A stretch of DNA of 64,000 bases from Camelus ferus. Its lineage: Eukaryota. The stretch lies in NCBI RefSeq assembly GCF_009834535.1, contig NC_045696.1, forward strand, positions 49,478,001 through 49,542,000. Direction: 5' to 3'. The notes under the pieces were generated by a model. It made no database searches, had not been told where the DNA came from, and saw only the letters and a list, made by a program, of their open reading frames with translations. Positions within the stretch are counted from its first letter, which is position 1, and every line of letters starts with the position of its first letter. Below, in pieces: positions 51,431-64,000 of this stretch. Position numbers and translations under genes: made by a program.

Positions 51431-54400
51431 ATAAAGTTATTTATAATAATTCCAAAATCCGTACGAGTTGGGGGAGGGGTTCAGAAAAATAGGTCTAATA
51501 ATAAAAGAATGTGGAATAGGCTAAGATCATAACTCAATGGATATTATGAAACCAATCAGAACAATAGCTGTAACATACTAAGCTATACAGAAAAGGGTAT
51601 GAGCTGGAATTTTTTTTACCAATCAGATATTAATTGAGGATAAAAACATTAGACTGGGGATAAAAGTTCATACTTCCTAGATCAACGTTTATCCTATATG
51701 GTGTTAACATAAAATTGAGTTGTTTATAATAAACTGTGCTGAAACTCTACTTTACCTACACTGGTTTGTCACCCTTTATTTTTAATACTGTAATACAAGT
51801 AAGTTCCCTAAGATCTTTTTTTTTGTTTGTTGCCTGAGATAATGGCTGACATAGAGTTAGGGCTCGATGAATATTATTGAATAAATAAGTGAATTAGTAC
51901 TTCTTGGTTACAGGGAGCAAATCATGTGACACTGAGGATAAAAGTTGATTGGACAGGGTTATAGGAAATGCTGAACTCCAGCTTAAATTTATGCTATGAT
52001 GATGTATAGATTATCCTACATTTTAAGTCTCAGCATAACACTTAGCATTTGATGTTTTCCTTTGTTTATTCGAATTATTTGATTGTTTGTCGAAAATATA
52101 TTAAAATCTAGGATACACAAGAACAGAGACCTCACCCTTTTTCTGTCTTTTCACTGTAGTGTTCCAGTGTCTGTAACAGTGGCAGGAATGCCGTAGATGC
52201 TTAGCAAGTATTTGCTGAATGATTGAAAAGATACCGGTACATATGGGCAAGGAAGAAAACACGCACAGTGAAAAGAAATTATCTGCTTAATTGAAAGTTT
52301 TGAACTTTTTACTTGTTTTCTTTATTTAAATTGTTATTATACTGGCATGTGCGCCCAGGATAAATTCCTTTTCATCCCATGCATCACATCAATACGAAGC
52401 ACAGAGGCCACCCAAGGTGCTTTTTGCCCCAGAAACTAGAAAACTGAAAGGGTCTTGCTTGAAAGTTCTTCATAATTTACACAAGTATATTCTTGGTCTT
52501 TTAAATAGATTTCATAATGAACTGTTATAATCCTTCACTTTTTCTGTCCTTCCCCACTTGACAACTTCAGTTATCCTCAGACATCTCTTTATTATTCTTA
52601 CCATAAAAATAGAAATTGTGAAATCTAGGAAGCGCCTCTAAAACCCAAGAAGCAATTTTTTCTGGCAGTGAAAACCCACATTCTTATTTATACAGGAATA
52701 AAAAGATCTTGTTAACCACTTGCCATTTTTTATCTATAAGCTGAGAGAGAAAATTCCCTACAGTGAGTTGCTCTATTTATAATCATTCACAAGAACACGT
52801 TAAGATCCAACAAGTTAATATTGATTGCTCACTCCCAAACTGTTTTTGAAACATGTTTCTGCTCGTTGGATTGGACTGTAATGTGACATCCAATATGAGA
52901 TGATACATTTGGCAAGATTCGCAAATAGGCATTGGTAATGGGATTTTTTTTCCCAGTATGTTTAGTTCAGTAGATTTATGAAATATTCAGAGGCAGAAAA
53001 AGAATGATAATGGATGGATTTCTGGTGAAATAAACCTACTTGCAGTGTTTCTAGGGCCCTTGCTATTTGTGAACACATTCTATGGGATATTTGCTTATAC
53101 GTGCATTTTGTGTAGCTCGTATATATTTGGATGTCACTAGAAGGTTCTGAGTACATTGCCTTTACACTAAATTTATAAGTGTATATTTTAATATATTCTT
53201 TTGTCATTTTTTTTTATTTATTGACTTGACGAGGTCTAGGCTGGGATTGAAGAATATTGGAATCTTATCCTAGTTCAGCTTCCAAATTTCCTTCAGTCTA
53301 GAACAGGAATGCATATTTTACTTTAACCACCTATGAAATGAGGGTACCAAATCTGGTCATCTAAATACTCAGAATGTATAAGGTTAATAATCCTGGGGCA
53401 CATTTTCATCCTGACCCTCAGATGATCAGGCTATGGAGCAGAAAATTGAAGCTTAATTACTTTTTTCTTTCTGGTTTTTCCTGTCATCCACCTGACCCAG
53501 TGGAGCCTAAAGCCACATTGAAATCAGTCAGTCTGTCTAAGTTAGACAAGCAGAAGAATGGTACAAGTCCCCATGGGTCCCTAAGCCTCCAATTTATCCC
53601 ATTACCAAAATCAAGTTCACTGTCACCACACATGCACGTGCGTGCTCACACAAACACACACACACACACACACAGGCCTCAGAGTACATCTTCTTGATCT
53701 CACATGACGTCTTTATTCTGTTCTTTGACCTTGCATCCCATATTCCTCAAAATCTACGTACTCTTCTTAAATCTTACAAATGCATTGCTTATCCTGCCCC
53801 TGGTCCTGGCTGGTTCTTCTTAGGCTCCAGGTAGTAGTGCCTAATAATTTCATAGCAGCGCCTTCTACTTTCCGTGGGCAGAAGGTGAGGGAGAGGCTAC
53901 AGTTGAGGAGCTGAGGGTCAGTGGGAGGGACATAGCAATGCCAGGACCTACAACGAGGCTGGGCGCTATTTCAGGCTGCACCATAATCCCTGCGGCCCCT
54001 CTGTTCCTTGTTGGCCGGGATGCTGATTCTTTGAACTCACCCCTCTTGTCTTCACATTCTAAAATCTTCTGTGTCCCAGGTTACATTTCATTCCATTTTC
54101 CTCTTCTCTAAAACACTATTCTGCTCCCATTTTGTCACCTAGTTCCTGTCTAGATCAAATTAAAGATTTATTCCTCTGACTTAAAATTCAGTCTTCTGTT
54201 AAAGTACCAATTTCTGGGGGCTTCTCCACAGCTAGCACACATGCCCCATCCTTTCAAAGTTCCTGGGTGTCATCTCCTTTTTGTGGTCAGGAAGAGCATG
54301 TGGGTCCCATTTATGGATTAGATGGTCATGGCAAGAGGGGACACCATAGCTAGTGCAGCATTTGCATCTTGGTGGAAGGAGTGGTGCTGACCCAGTACAT

Positions 54401-54564
54401 ATCCACCTTGAAGAGAAAGAAAGATGGGGCAGAAGACCGAGATCATTGAGATCTCTGTCCCCAAGCACTGCATCTGTGGTTATTGCTTGCTGCCTATGCC
54501 TTTGTTCCAGGACAAAATTCAGGACAGAAGAACTTGGAGTGCCTTAAGAAAGATTCGTTACCCA

Positions 54565-55835
54565 AAATAAAGTCTCTACACATAAAGTAATGCCAGAATT
54601 TTCAAAAAATTCAGTTTGCCTCAAGAACCCTGTGAGTCAAAAATTATCTGTGATTTTGTCGAAAGAGAAGCTGCCAAACCAGATAATCTTGGACTTTGAT
54701 ATGACATTAAATAGATTTTCCTACAAAGGGAAGGATGCTTAACATGTCATAATATTATTGAGAACCATGAGCTGATTACAGATGAGTGTCAAAAAATGTT
54801 ATTGCAACTCAAGGAAAAATACAGTGTTATTGAAGTTGATCTTGTGTTTACCATAGAAGAGAAATGCCCTTTTATGGTAGTGTGCTAAGTCACATAGTCT
54901 CCTTGTTGAACAATCTTTATCAAAAGCTAACTTTAAAGGAATTGTGGGAGAAACTGATGTTATGCTAAAGGAGGGATATAAGAATTTATTTGAGAAATTC
55001 CAACCACACAGTATCATCCTATGTTCATATTTTCTGCTGATAATGGTACCATAGAGGAAGTTATCCGTCACTCTGGTGTTTATCATCCACGTGTCAAAGT
55101 AGTGTTCATTCATGGATTTTAATGAAACTGTGTTCTCAAAAGATTTAAAGGAGAACTAACTCATGTATTTAACCAACATGATGATACTTTGAAGATCACA
55201 GAATATTTCAGTCAATTAAAGGCCAATAGCAATGTAACTCTGCTGAGAGACTCACAGGGAGACTTAAGAAGAGCAGATGGAGTAGCCAGTGTGTAACAAA
55301 TTCTAAAAACTGGATCTCTGAATGATGGAGTGGATGAGCTTTTAGAAAAGTATTGTTTTATGGAAAGATAAATCATTGGAGATAGCTAATCCTACCTTAC
55401 TGAAGATTTGTAAACTAGCATTCCTCAAGAAGCCCCGTCTCCTATGGGAGAAGTGGTACAAGAACTCCTCATCTCTTCATCTTGCTGAAAGACTCATAAT
55501 ATAATATATGCTTGCTTTTGAAGTTGTTCCTTTACATTACTGAACTATTTTCACACACATTGATTCCATCAACTGTAAGCTCCTTTTTCTTTCCCTCTCT
55601 CAACACATTCTCCACTGTATTTTTTTAACAGATGGATCATGCTGAGGGTATTACCATCTTCTGACATTGTGTTATGTATGTAGGGTTATTTTTTTTGGAG
55701 AAAATCAATATTAAACAGAATAGACTACTCTGTATTTGGTGAAAAAACTATTGGTGTCCATATGTAACTTATCATTATAAATGTTTTATATCGACTTGGT
55801 GATAATGAACATAAAGTAGAAAATCTTTTTTTAAT
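54565..55835 (+). pseudogene. NT5C3A: processed pseudogene of cytosolic 5'-nucleotidase IIIA
   Basis: Intronless and frameshifted. Readable blocks: MPEFSKNSV (ATG 54590), [18 protein letters not shown] (HAD motif I, DFDMT at 54692-54706), [72 protein letters not shown], terminal TAA about 55411-55413. Sequence resembling the NT5C3A 3'UTR follows. Confidence 0.93.
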
Positions 55836-57346
55836 ACCCATTTTGCTCAAAGTGATAGCACTTGTTGAAACATTTATATCTTAGCATAAATTAATTTATC
55901 ACATCCTTTCTTGCAAGCCTTTGAAGAGGTAAGAAATAAAGGCATCAAGCCTTAAAAGTAGGAAGTAAACGAGACACCATATTGGGCCAAAAAAACTGTA
56001 GGATTCTCCAGAACAAACTGCCTTCTTCATAATTTCACCTAAATCCAGGCCTGGTTCCAGTTTCTTTTTAGTTGCTTCTTGCTCTATGTCAATCAAACTC
56101 CTGGCCTAATGGCCTAAACATTAAAAATTAGCATTAAAAAGTGCTTAGTCCATCATCACCTGCAGAGCTTGACATTCTGTCTAGAATGAGAAGTAGTCAA
56201 GGTCACATGAGCAGGATCATAGAATTATGTTGAAAATAAGAGCATCTCCCTGACCTAGACAAACTCAAAATAGCTATATGCAAAATCAGCCTACCCTTGA
56301 GGGGGACCCCAAGTGGAAGCAGCTGTGACAGACTTGCGGGCGAGCAGTCCTGTAAAGCACTGACTTGCACCTCTTCTAAAGGCCTGATTACATGCCTTTG
56401 TCTGCAGCTGTATTGCCATTGGCATCTCGAGAGAAACCAAAAAAGGGTCAGGCTAAGGAAGTTTTTGATGTTTGTTTTGTTTTATTTTGGTTTTGCTTTC
56501 TTGTGGTCTTGACACAAAAGAAAGAATTTAACTGGGAAAATTGTGTATACCAGTGTTTTAATTAAATGAAGGTAATATCCTTCTACTGATTGTAACCATG
56601 TACTACTGTAATTATCTTACTTTACATCACATTATAGGCTTGTTATCAAACACAGATATGTGGAGCCTGCCAGGAAGTGGAACTTTCTTGCCAGCGATGG
56701 AGAACTAAACAAAATGAGTTGATAAATCTATTTCAAAAGCCATATGTGCTGCTGGAATTTTCTGCCATCCACTCAAGGGGAGTTTGCCTCTGAATGTTTC
56801 AAAAGGATTCACCTAGCAGCTAACAAAGCCTGTGACCGCAGGGTCTGATAATTCGCAATCAACACAGTTCAGTTTTCATAGTCAAACAAGAATGTCAGCT
56901 TACCCACAAGGACAAACTGCTCTGTTCCCTTGTGTGTGTTCTAGGTCGTCAAAGTGCTGATGGCATCTTTTCTTGACCAAAGGCCACTGTGACACACCTG
57001 GGCTTTCCTTCTCTCCCATTCTTTCAGCTCATCTATGAGATGGACAGGAGAACAGTCACAACACACTCTCTGTAGATGGAGAAGCCCCTCCTGGTGTTTT
57101 CCTTCCATTTCTTCTTCCTGCTTTTAAATGGCTGTGATCAAAACCTTCCTTATTGGTAACATCTGGACACCCAATTTACATTGGGACATTCTAATGTGTG
57201 TTGCAGAATAGTTTGGTGATCTTGCTTTAAATGTTCACTAATATCCCTTTTTCATAATTATTAAATTCAATTGAAGATCAAGAAGAGACAATACAATCAT
57301 CAGTCTTATACAGATTAACTTTTCCAATATCTTCTTCCTTTAATAG

Positions 57347-57409
57347 CTTCATGGATGCCCAGTGAAACGTACAGTTCATCCACCTCAAGTGCAGGTTCGA
57401 CACTTCATG
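57347..57409 (+). CDS. CD96: CD96 exon 12 (stalk)
   Basis: tag| (S)SWMPSETYSSSTSSAGSTLH |gtgagt; 63 bp, phase 1-1. Confidence 0.93.
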
Positions 57410-58183
57410 GTGAGTACTTAGGGGAGATTTAGGGTTGGGGAAGGTCATGGTCTGCTTTATTTGGGCAGAGGTGGGAAAACAAGAACTGATATCACCAATG
57501 CCAGATAGGTGTTTAAAAGTTCATCTTGATGAAAATGACAATGATGATGAAAGTGATAATGAATGGAACCAAAATTCTTCCCAGTCACTCAAAAAAGATA
57601 GTCAGAGACCAAGACTTAAATTTTTCTCTATTTTATTTCAAAGTGAAATCTACATAATAGCATTTTTGCAATTAAATCCATTAAGATAAATTTTAAGTTT
57701 TAATTTTCCATTGGAAAATGGAATGATTTGTCAGCATGGATTCATCTACTTGAATGTTACCAATTTTTATTGACCTTATCAAACACATTAGAGTGGGGAG
57801 AATCAGTATTTTGACTGGCTGGACCTCTGATACCCTGGGACACTGTGGATAAGCCTCATCTTTCCATGACCCCAACGTCAGGCATTTTCCCATGACCACT
57901 TTCTCATGGACATGCTTTAGCAGATGTTATTTTGTTGTATATACTGTATTGTTTCTCTTTTTTTCTTTAAGCCAATAAGAATTTCACTCTTTTGGTAGAC
58001 AGATCCTTGGATACTAGCCTTGTGTAAACTGGTCCTTAGTGAACTTTACACATAGTATTTTAAGAGCTTTAGGCCATTCAAACTGAGCTCTTCTAATGGC
58101 AAGTGAAATCCAGTCATGATTTTATACCTCTTGAAGTTGAGATGGCCATTACGATCAGTTCAGATATCCCTTTATATCCCTAG

Positions 58184-58273
58184 GTGATGTCTTCAACAGT
58201 ACAACCAGAGCATTTTCAGAAGTTCCCACAACTGCCAATGGGTCTACTAAAAATAATGACATCCATATCACTG
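58184..58273 (+). CDS. CD96: CD96 exon 13 (stalk)
   Basis: tag| (G)DVFNSTTRAFSEVPTTANGSTKNNDIHIT |gtgagt; 90 bp, phase 1-1. Confidence 0.96.
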
Positions 58274-59739
58274 GTGAGTCATTTATCATTTTTTTTATTT
58301 TATGTTTTATTCATTCAATAAATATTTATTGAATACTTACCATTTGTCAGGCACTGTGCCAGGTGTTAGGTGTACATTGAAAATACCGGCCTCCTGAAGA
58401 TTTTAATTTATTATAAATGACACAGAGTAAATAAATCATCATGCAATTAAATTTATTTGTGACAGATCTTATAATATGGCACAAGGTGTCAGAGTCTAAC
58501 AGAAAGATCTGATTTTAACTGGGGAACAGGAAATGACTCTCAGAATATAATCAAATTAAAATCTGAAAAGTGAATAAGAATTAGCCAGATGAAAAGTAAT
58601 GAGAAACATTTTAGTCCTATGAAATAAAATCTGAAGCAAGAAAGCAATTAATTGTTGGAACAAAGGATTCCTATAATTCAACTAGTAAAATTTTATCCAT
58701 GCTAAATGAAATCTCTTGTTGTGTATCATAAGAGATCAAGGTATTCAGTAAAGTTAGGACCCTCCCAAAGCAGATCTTGATTGTAAATTCAGAGGCATAG
58801 TCGACTATTTCACTTTAGGAAGTATTTCCTTAATTGTGAACTCTCCACCTAGGTACTTAGTCTATTTCATATCAAAAGTCATACAGTCCCCAGATCACTG
58901 TATCACCCTGCACACAACATGGCAATAGAATGGCAAACTGAGGTCCTACCAATGTCTTTAAGATATTGGTGCTTTAAAGAACTACCTAAGTTAGAGATGG
59001 GGCAAGACCACTTCTCCACTGAGACATTCCTGAAGTCAGTGGTCTAATTTTCTATATTTGATTGGGAGAAAATTTGTAAGCATTGATGTAAGACCTATTT
59101 AAAATCTTTTGTTCTTTCATTTCTCTAAAACTTTGGAGGTAAAATGTTACATCCTGCCATATTACTAGCATAGGGCCCGGTCAGTTTTTACTAAGCTGAC
59201 CATCTGCATCATTGCTTCTTTTGTGATCACAATAATCCAGCGCTTCGAACCACTGCGAGGGCTCTAGCCAGCTTTACATACAGTGATACATGGTTATGTA
59301 TTATAGGACTATGTGGGCTTCCAGGGGACCCTCCGTGTCTGCTTTGACAGGGCTGAAGCCGGGAGAGCATGAGGAAGACCTGGAATCCCTGGATATGTGT
59401 TGTAAAAGGGAAAATCTTCAGCACTGATAACCAGTGTTAACGTAACAACATCATGTGGCGGCCGTCCAAACTATGTAAAAAGATAGAAAAGATTTGCTAA
59501 ACTAATACTTTAAATCCAGTTTTTTGGCCTGTATTTTTTGAGACTTTCCTTTAGGAAAAGCAGTGTAATAAATCTGAGGCAAACAAAGAAATTAAAAAAC
59601 TAGTCTCCACCTATGGACAGTTTATAATCTAGCTGAAACAATGAAAGAAAAGCAATCCAGATAATTCTAATACAAAAGTGCACTTTTTGCCCAAATGATC
59701 TATGTAATCTAAAGAGCTAAAGATCTATCTATAATGTAT

Positions 59740-60180
59740 AAGGAATTTCACTGGAGTGTTGTTAGAAAAAACAAAAGCCTTGAAACAATTTGACTATATA
59801 ACATTGAGAAATCAATTAAATAAACTATGACAGATCCATACATTGGGCAACAACCCAGTCATTTAATCGAATGAGGTAAACCTCTGTGCACATCTGTGAA
59901 AAATATTCCAAGAATGTTTCTTAAGAGAAAGAAGCTAGGAACAGAACAGTATGTATAGTATGCCCCCATTTGTAATAAAAGTGATATATGTTCACAATAC
60001 ATACATTTGCTTACATATGCATTAAAAATTTCTGATAGGATACATAATTAACTATTCAAAGTTATTGCTTCCAGTGCAGGTAGCTGGCCCCTGAAGTCGT
60101 AAGGACACTTCTTTTTCGTTGTATTTTATATTTCTGTACTGTTTGAATTTTTAACATGACCATAAAATACTTTTTAAAAA
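59740..60180 (+). mobile_element. L1ME-like 3' end fragment
   Basis: aattaaataaactatgacagatccataca...acagaacagtatgtatagtatg...ctgtactgtttgaatttttaacatg. Confidence 0.6.
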
Positions 60181-61243
60181 GGGAAAAATTAAGTAACCAT
60201 ATAATTATGAACATTCCCTTTTATTCTCTGCCAGGCAGAACCCAACAATCTTATTTCCAAAAAGAATTCTCCCTTTATGGTAGAGAAAACGTGAAACAGT
60301 CTAGAATATTGTATTTATATTGCCTCTGGTCTAGAATCCACAGTATTTGGAAGTCTTTGATTCATACCATTTGACTTGGTGTTCAAACGCCAGAAAGGGA
60401 ATGAATGAGTTGAATATGTGTACAGTCAGCATGGATGAGAAAGATCAGTCTGTTAATCACCCGCCAGTGGAATTTTCGCCAGCCCTCTACTTTCAACTTC
60501 CTCTCTTTTCAGACCATAGAAGGAGGAAGAGCAGCTGGTTTCAGTTTTACCCCTTTTGTCAATTCTCCCCTTTCTATTGCTGAAACAGATAGGAGAGAAA
60601 AAAAGAAAAAGAAGGAAGGCTATAGAAAAGGATTAGAAAATTGCTACCCTGGAGATCATTCCTTGAGTGTCATCCAAATGGAAAGTCTTGGATGATAGGC
60701 TTTTGAGCACAACAGCTCCACAGGTATTAGCCAGGCCTTCTTGACTTTGGACTCTCAGCATTTTCAATGTCATAATGCTTCTTCCTCTTCCTTAACACAC
60801 TAATATTCTATAAAGCATTTAATGACTCCTTAAAGAATAAGAAAATCCAAAGCTAGACCAGTATTTCACATATAAGGTTTTCTTTGCTGAAGTAAACTTG
60901 GAAAACAAATTTGCAGATTGTCAGTTTTCTTTGTTCATTCTTACAAATAACATTGCATTGGACACCATGTGCCAGGAATTGTCCAGATCCTTGGGAAAAG
61001 AAAATCAGTTCTGGAACATTTTAACAAGACAGACATTCATGTTAAAAAAAAAAAAAAGCAACTGTATAAATGCAAAAACAGAAATGAGAACAAGGCATAG
61101 ATGTGATCCCAGAGCATGATTGTGACCAATGAGTACTCCATGGCCTTTCGATACAGCCTATTTCAGGTGAGCAAGATAATTCATCCTACTTTCCAGTTGC
61201 CCAAGTTTGGTCTTAAGGTTCGTCTCTCTTTATGCCCTGTCAG

Positions 61244-61367
61244 GTATTGTGGTTAATAAGCCCAAAGATGGAATGTCTTGGCCGGTGATCGTAGCAGCTT
61301 TGCTCTTTTCCTGCCTGGTGTTGTTTGGTCTTGGAGTGAGGAAATGGTGTCAGTACCAAAAAGAAAT
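61244..61367 (+). CDS. CD96: CD96 exon 14 (transmembrane)
   Basis: cag| (G)IVVNKPKDGMSWPVIVAALLFSCLVLFGLGVRKWCQYQKE |gtgagt; 124 bp, phase 1-2. Confidence 0.98.
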
Positions 61368-62285
61368 GTGAGTACAATACTAAGATATGCAGGAATAGAT
61401 ACATTTTCCGTACAGAATATTCACCCAGCACGTAAGTATCATCTCTATATGGAGTTTCTCTCAGATTTAACTGAGGAAGTAAGGCTCAGGGAAGCTCAGA
61501 AAGGCTGCCTAGCCTCCCCAGCACCACACAGTTGGAATTAGATGTGCAGCTTCTGACTTGGTCCCCCTCTACCTGTTCAGGCTAGAACACTCATTGGATG
61601 GAATAGGTCAGTGGGCATGAAATGAGAACTGAGCCTCACCTCACCTCAAAACTGAAACTGATCTTTTTTTTTTTTTTAATCTTCATTATTTTTTTCATTT
61701 TCATGCACCTCTGAACTGCCAGGGCCCAGCTGGGCCTAGATACTCAAGTGTGAAATTGAGTGACAAAGGTAATTTTAAGAAATTTCCAGCTGCTTTTCAG
61801 CAGAATGGGCTTTTACTGCCCTTTTCCTTTTTTCCCCAGGGGAAAAGAAAGTAAGCAGTAGGTTACCCCATTTTTGTCTTACTGAAATATTTTCCAAAGC
61901 CCTTCTCCCTCCACTCAGCAGTCTGAAATAACATGTAAGGCTAAGCCTCACTTTTCTGACTTGGCTATTTTGGATCAGCCTAGATTAGGCCGTGCTTAGA
62001 AAAGAGCCTCATAATACAGAGAGCTGGTCTTCTGTGCATTTTCCTACTGCTGTCTAAGAGAACACTGACTGTGTGCAATACCTTCTTCTACTTTCTCAGT
62101 GTATCCTCCAAGACCCTACAGCCACACGCAGGAAGGTGTTTTGTGGTGAATAAAGCACCAAATCAGCGGTCATAAATTCTGGATTCCTGTCCAAGTACAA
62201 GTCTCTGACCACCGTGACCTTGAGAAGTTCTTAATTTTCCTGAAAAAATGGAAGTGCAAATTTCTTAAGTTTTATCCACCTTTTG

Positions 62286-62287
<2 letters not shown>

Positions 62288-62321
<34 letters not shown>

Positions 62322-62351
62322 GGATAGATGGATAGATGGATAGATAGATAT
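62288..62351 (+). repeat. (GATA)n/(GATG) tetranucleotide microsatellite
   Basis: Seen directly. Confidence 0.95.
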
Positions 62352-63361
62352 AGTCCCCATTACAGCATTAGAAAATCAGGGAATAGGCATTGTGGATTTT
62401 TATACTAAAATAAGAAAATGGGAATCTGAAAATCTGAATTGATTTTTTGTATTTTTCTCTATTCAAATGTCTGTGGTATATAGAGATGAGAAACAATCTG
62501 TATCTCTCTGGAGAAATTATGGTGATATGGGTTGATAGACAAGGTGTAGAGGTGTTTGAGTCATGGACATAAATCTGTTCACAGACTTCTATTTCCTGAT
62601 ATCAGCACAGCTGGAGCATTTATACAGCTAAGCTCACGCTCGTATGCTTGAATCATTTTAGACAAAGAGATGAGTTGTGCTAACACAGAACAGCACTTTA
62701 AACAATACAAAGGTGACTTCAAGAATGTTCACTGATACAAACAGAAGGGATTGGGCATGATCCATCCAGTGCTAATCAACTCGGGGATTCAGGAGAGCTT
62801 TATCCCCTACTCCATCCTTCCCCCCAGTACACAGTGTGTGTGTGGGTGAGGGCCGGGGGTAGGGTTGGTGAAGGGGCTATTTGAAAAACTTCAGTCTTTG
62901 GTCTGAGAATTATAAAATTTTGTCTCTGGAGGAATGTTTTAACCTACATAACAGAAACACTTCTATTAGGAGGCAGTTGCCATAGAGAGTGTAGGTTCTG
63001 GTTAAAAGCTGAAAGTTAAAAGAATTGCTGGTCTGGTTCTCTTGAGCAAGTTGCTTGAAACTTCTGAGCCTCAGTTTTATCTGTGGGATGGTGACAATAA
63101 TATTCAGTTCCTAAACATAAAATAAATAATGCTATGGTAAAAATGCCTTGCAAACTGTAAAATACCGCACAAATATTAATTAATGGTGTTATCATAACAC
63201 AACTAACAAGGAGGCTATGCCAGGAGAATTTTTGAGGGAACCAAGAAAGCATGCTGTTTTCCCTTTCTCTTCAGTGGAGCATGTTTTCCCTTTCGATGTT
63301 TCCTATTTTTAAAACGTATACATACATATATCACCTTGAATGAGTGATGTTTTGTTCCTAG

Positions 63362-63470
63362 CATGGAAAGACCCCCGCCTTTCAAGCCCCCTCCACCTCC
63401 CATCAAGTACACTTGCATTCAGGAGTCCATCGGAAGTGATCTGCCTTGTCATGAGATGGAGACACTCTAG
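63362..63470 (+). CDS. CD96: CD96 exon 15 coding part (cytoplasmic tail)
   Basis: tag| (I)MERPPPFKPPPPPIKYTCIQESIGSDLPCHEMETL*; proline-rich motif and ITIM IKYTCI (63402-63419); TAG at 63468-63470. Confidence 0.98.
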
Positions 63471-63689
63471 TCCTCTGAGACTTCGCCACGCAGGCCGCAC
63501 TCTGCTGGAATCCTATGGGAAAGGTAGATACCGTGCTTTGTTAGTATAATCGCCCTCCAGCCAAGCCTCTGCTGCAGCTGAAACAGATGTCAGAAGTGAA
63601 TGACTTGTCTTCCCAGCAACTCACCCTCTTTCATCAGCCTGTGCCCGAAATTTAAACAAGAGTGAGCAGTTATGTCCTGCCGACACCCG

Positions 63690-63703
63690 GTGCCACCTGC
63701 AGG
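63690..63703 (-). promoter_or_regulatory. candidate CTCF site (reverse) in the CD96 3'UTR region
   Basis: Minus strand CCTGCAGGTGGCAC, one mismatch to CCASYAGRKGGCRC. Motif match only. Confidence 0.35.
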
Positions 63704-64000
63704 GATTTTCTTGCTTATGTAAGAAGTGTCAATTAGGTTATTGTCGTCAAAAAAATACTTGCAGTGTTTTTTTATTTTTCACTTTAAGTTCTCTGATTGA
63801 GGTGATGACAATGGTTTCCAGCATATGTCCTTACCAGATCCTCCTCTCTTTGGGCATCTGCCAACATTCTGAACAATTTGCCAATACTATGATAATCTCT
63901 GTTTGTCATGTTCCCTAGGAAAATGACAAGAGGAAAATGTGAAAGTTGTAACAAGAGTTCTGAAAAATGGGAATGTGCAATTAGTCTTTGAACTGAAATT

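Noticed and set aside
54232..54330. Possible extra 99-bp phase-1 stalk exon (STHAPSFQSSWVSSPF...), loosely like the longer mouse stalk as I recall it
   Set aside because: Donor would be a weak GC (ATG|GCAAGA), the similarity is at noise level, and the region resembles an old MLT fragment. Needs junction reads.
62844..62864. G-quadruplex motif gggtgagggccgggggtaggg
   Set aside because: Common motif class, about 500 bp from the nearest exon, no further support.
1..64000. CRISPR array, rRNA or prokaryote-type operon
   Set aside because: Sequence is clearly mammalian intron/exon DNA; no repeat-spacer array or rRNA seen.

Overview
Mammalian genomic DNA, most likely a camelid: there is a tRNA-Ala-derived Vic-1-type SINE at ~2.7 kb, and I saw no Alu, Bov-tA or PRE-1 elements. 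The window holds the 3' three-quarters of the T/NK immune receptor gene CD96 (TACTILE) on the + strand. Eleven coding exons (human-equivalent exons 5-15) splice in frame from the second Ig domain to the stop codon at 63470; exons 1-3 lie upstream of the window. The ZBED2 gene, whose coding sequence is uninterrupted, is nested antisense in the intron between exons 6 and 7. An old NT5C3A processed pseudogene lies in the intron between exons 11 and 12, and a young solo ERV LTR with a perfect 6-bp target-site duplication sits 200 bp upstream of exon 10. The rest is ordinary intronic repeat content (L1, L2, MIR, MLT, MER). Main observations: (1) the homologue of the human variant-1-specific exon 4 keeps its splice sites but carries an in-frame stop; (2) the residue matching human Thr280 is Met, the same as the reported human C-syndrome allele; (3) the tail keeps the ITIM but lacks the human YxxM; (4) several splice features could give soluble or shortened CD96; (5) the predicted ZBED2 5'UTR is long and carries three uORFs. 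I found no wholly new multi-gene system. Comparisons to human and mouse proteins are from memory and need checking by alignment.
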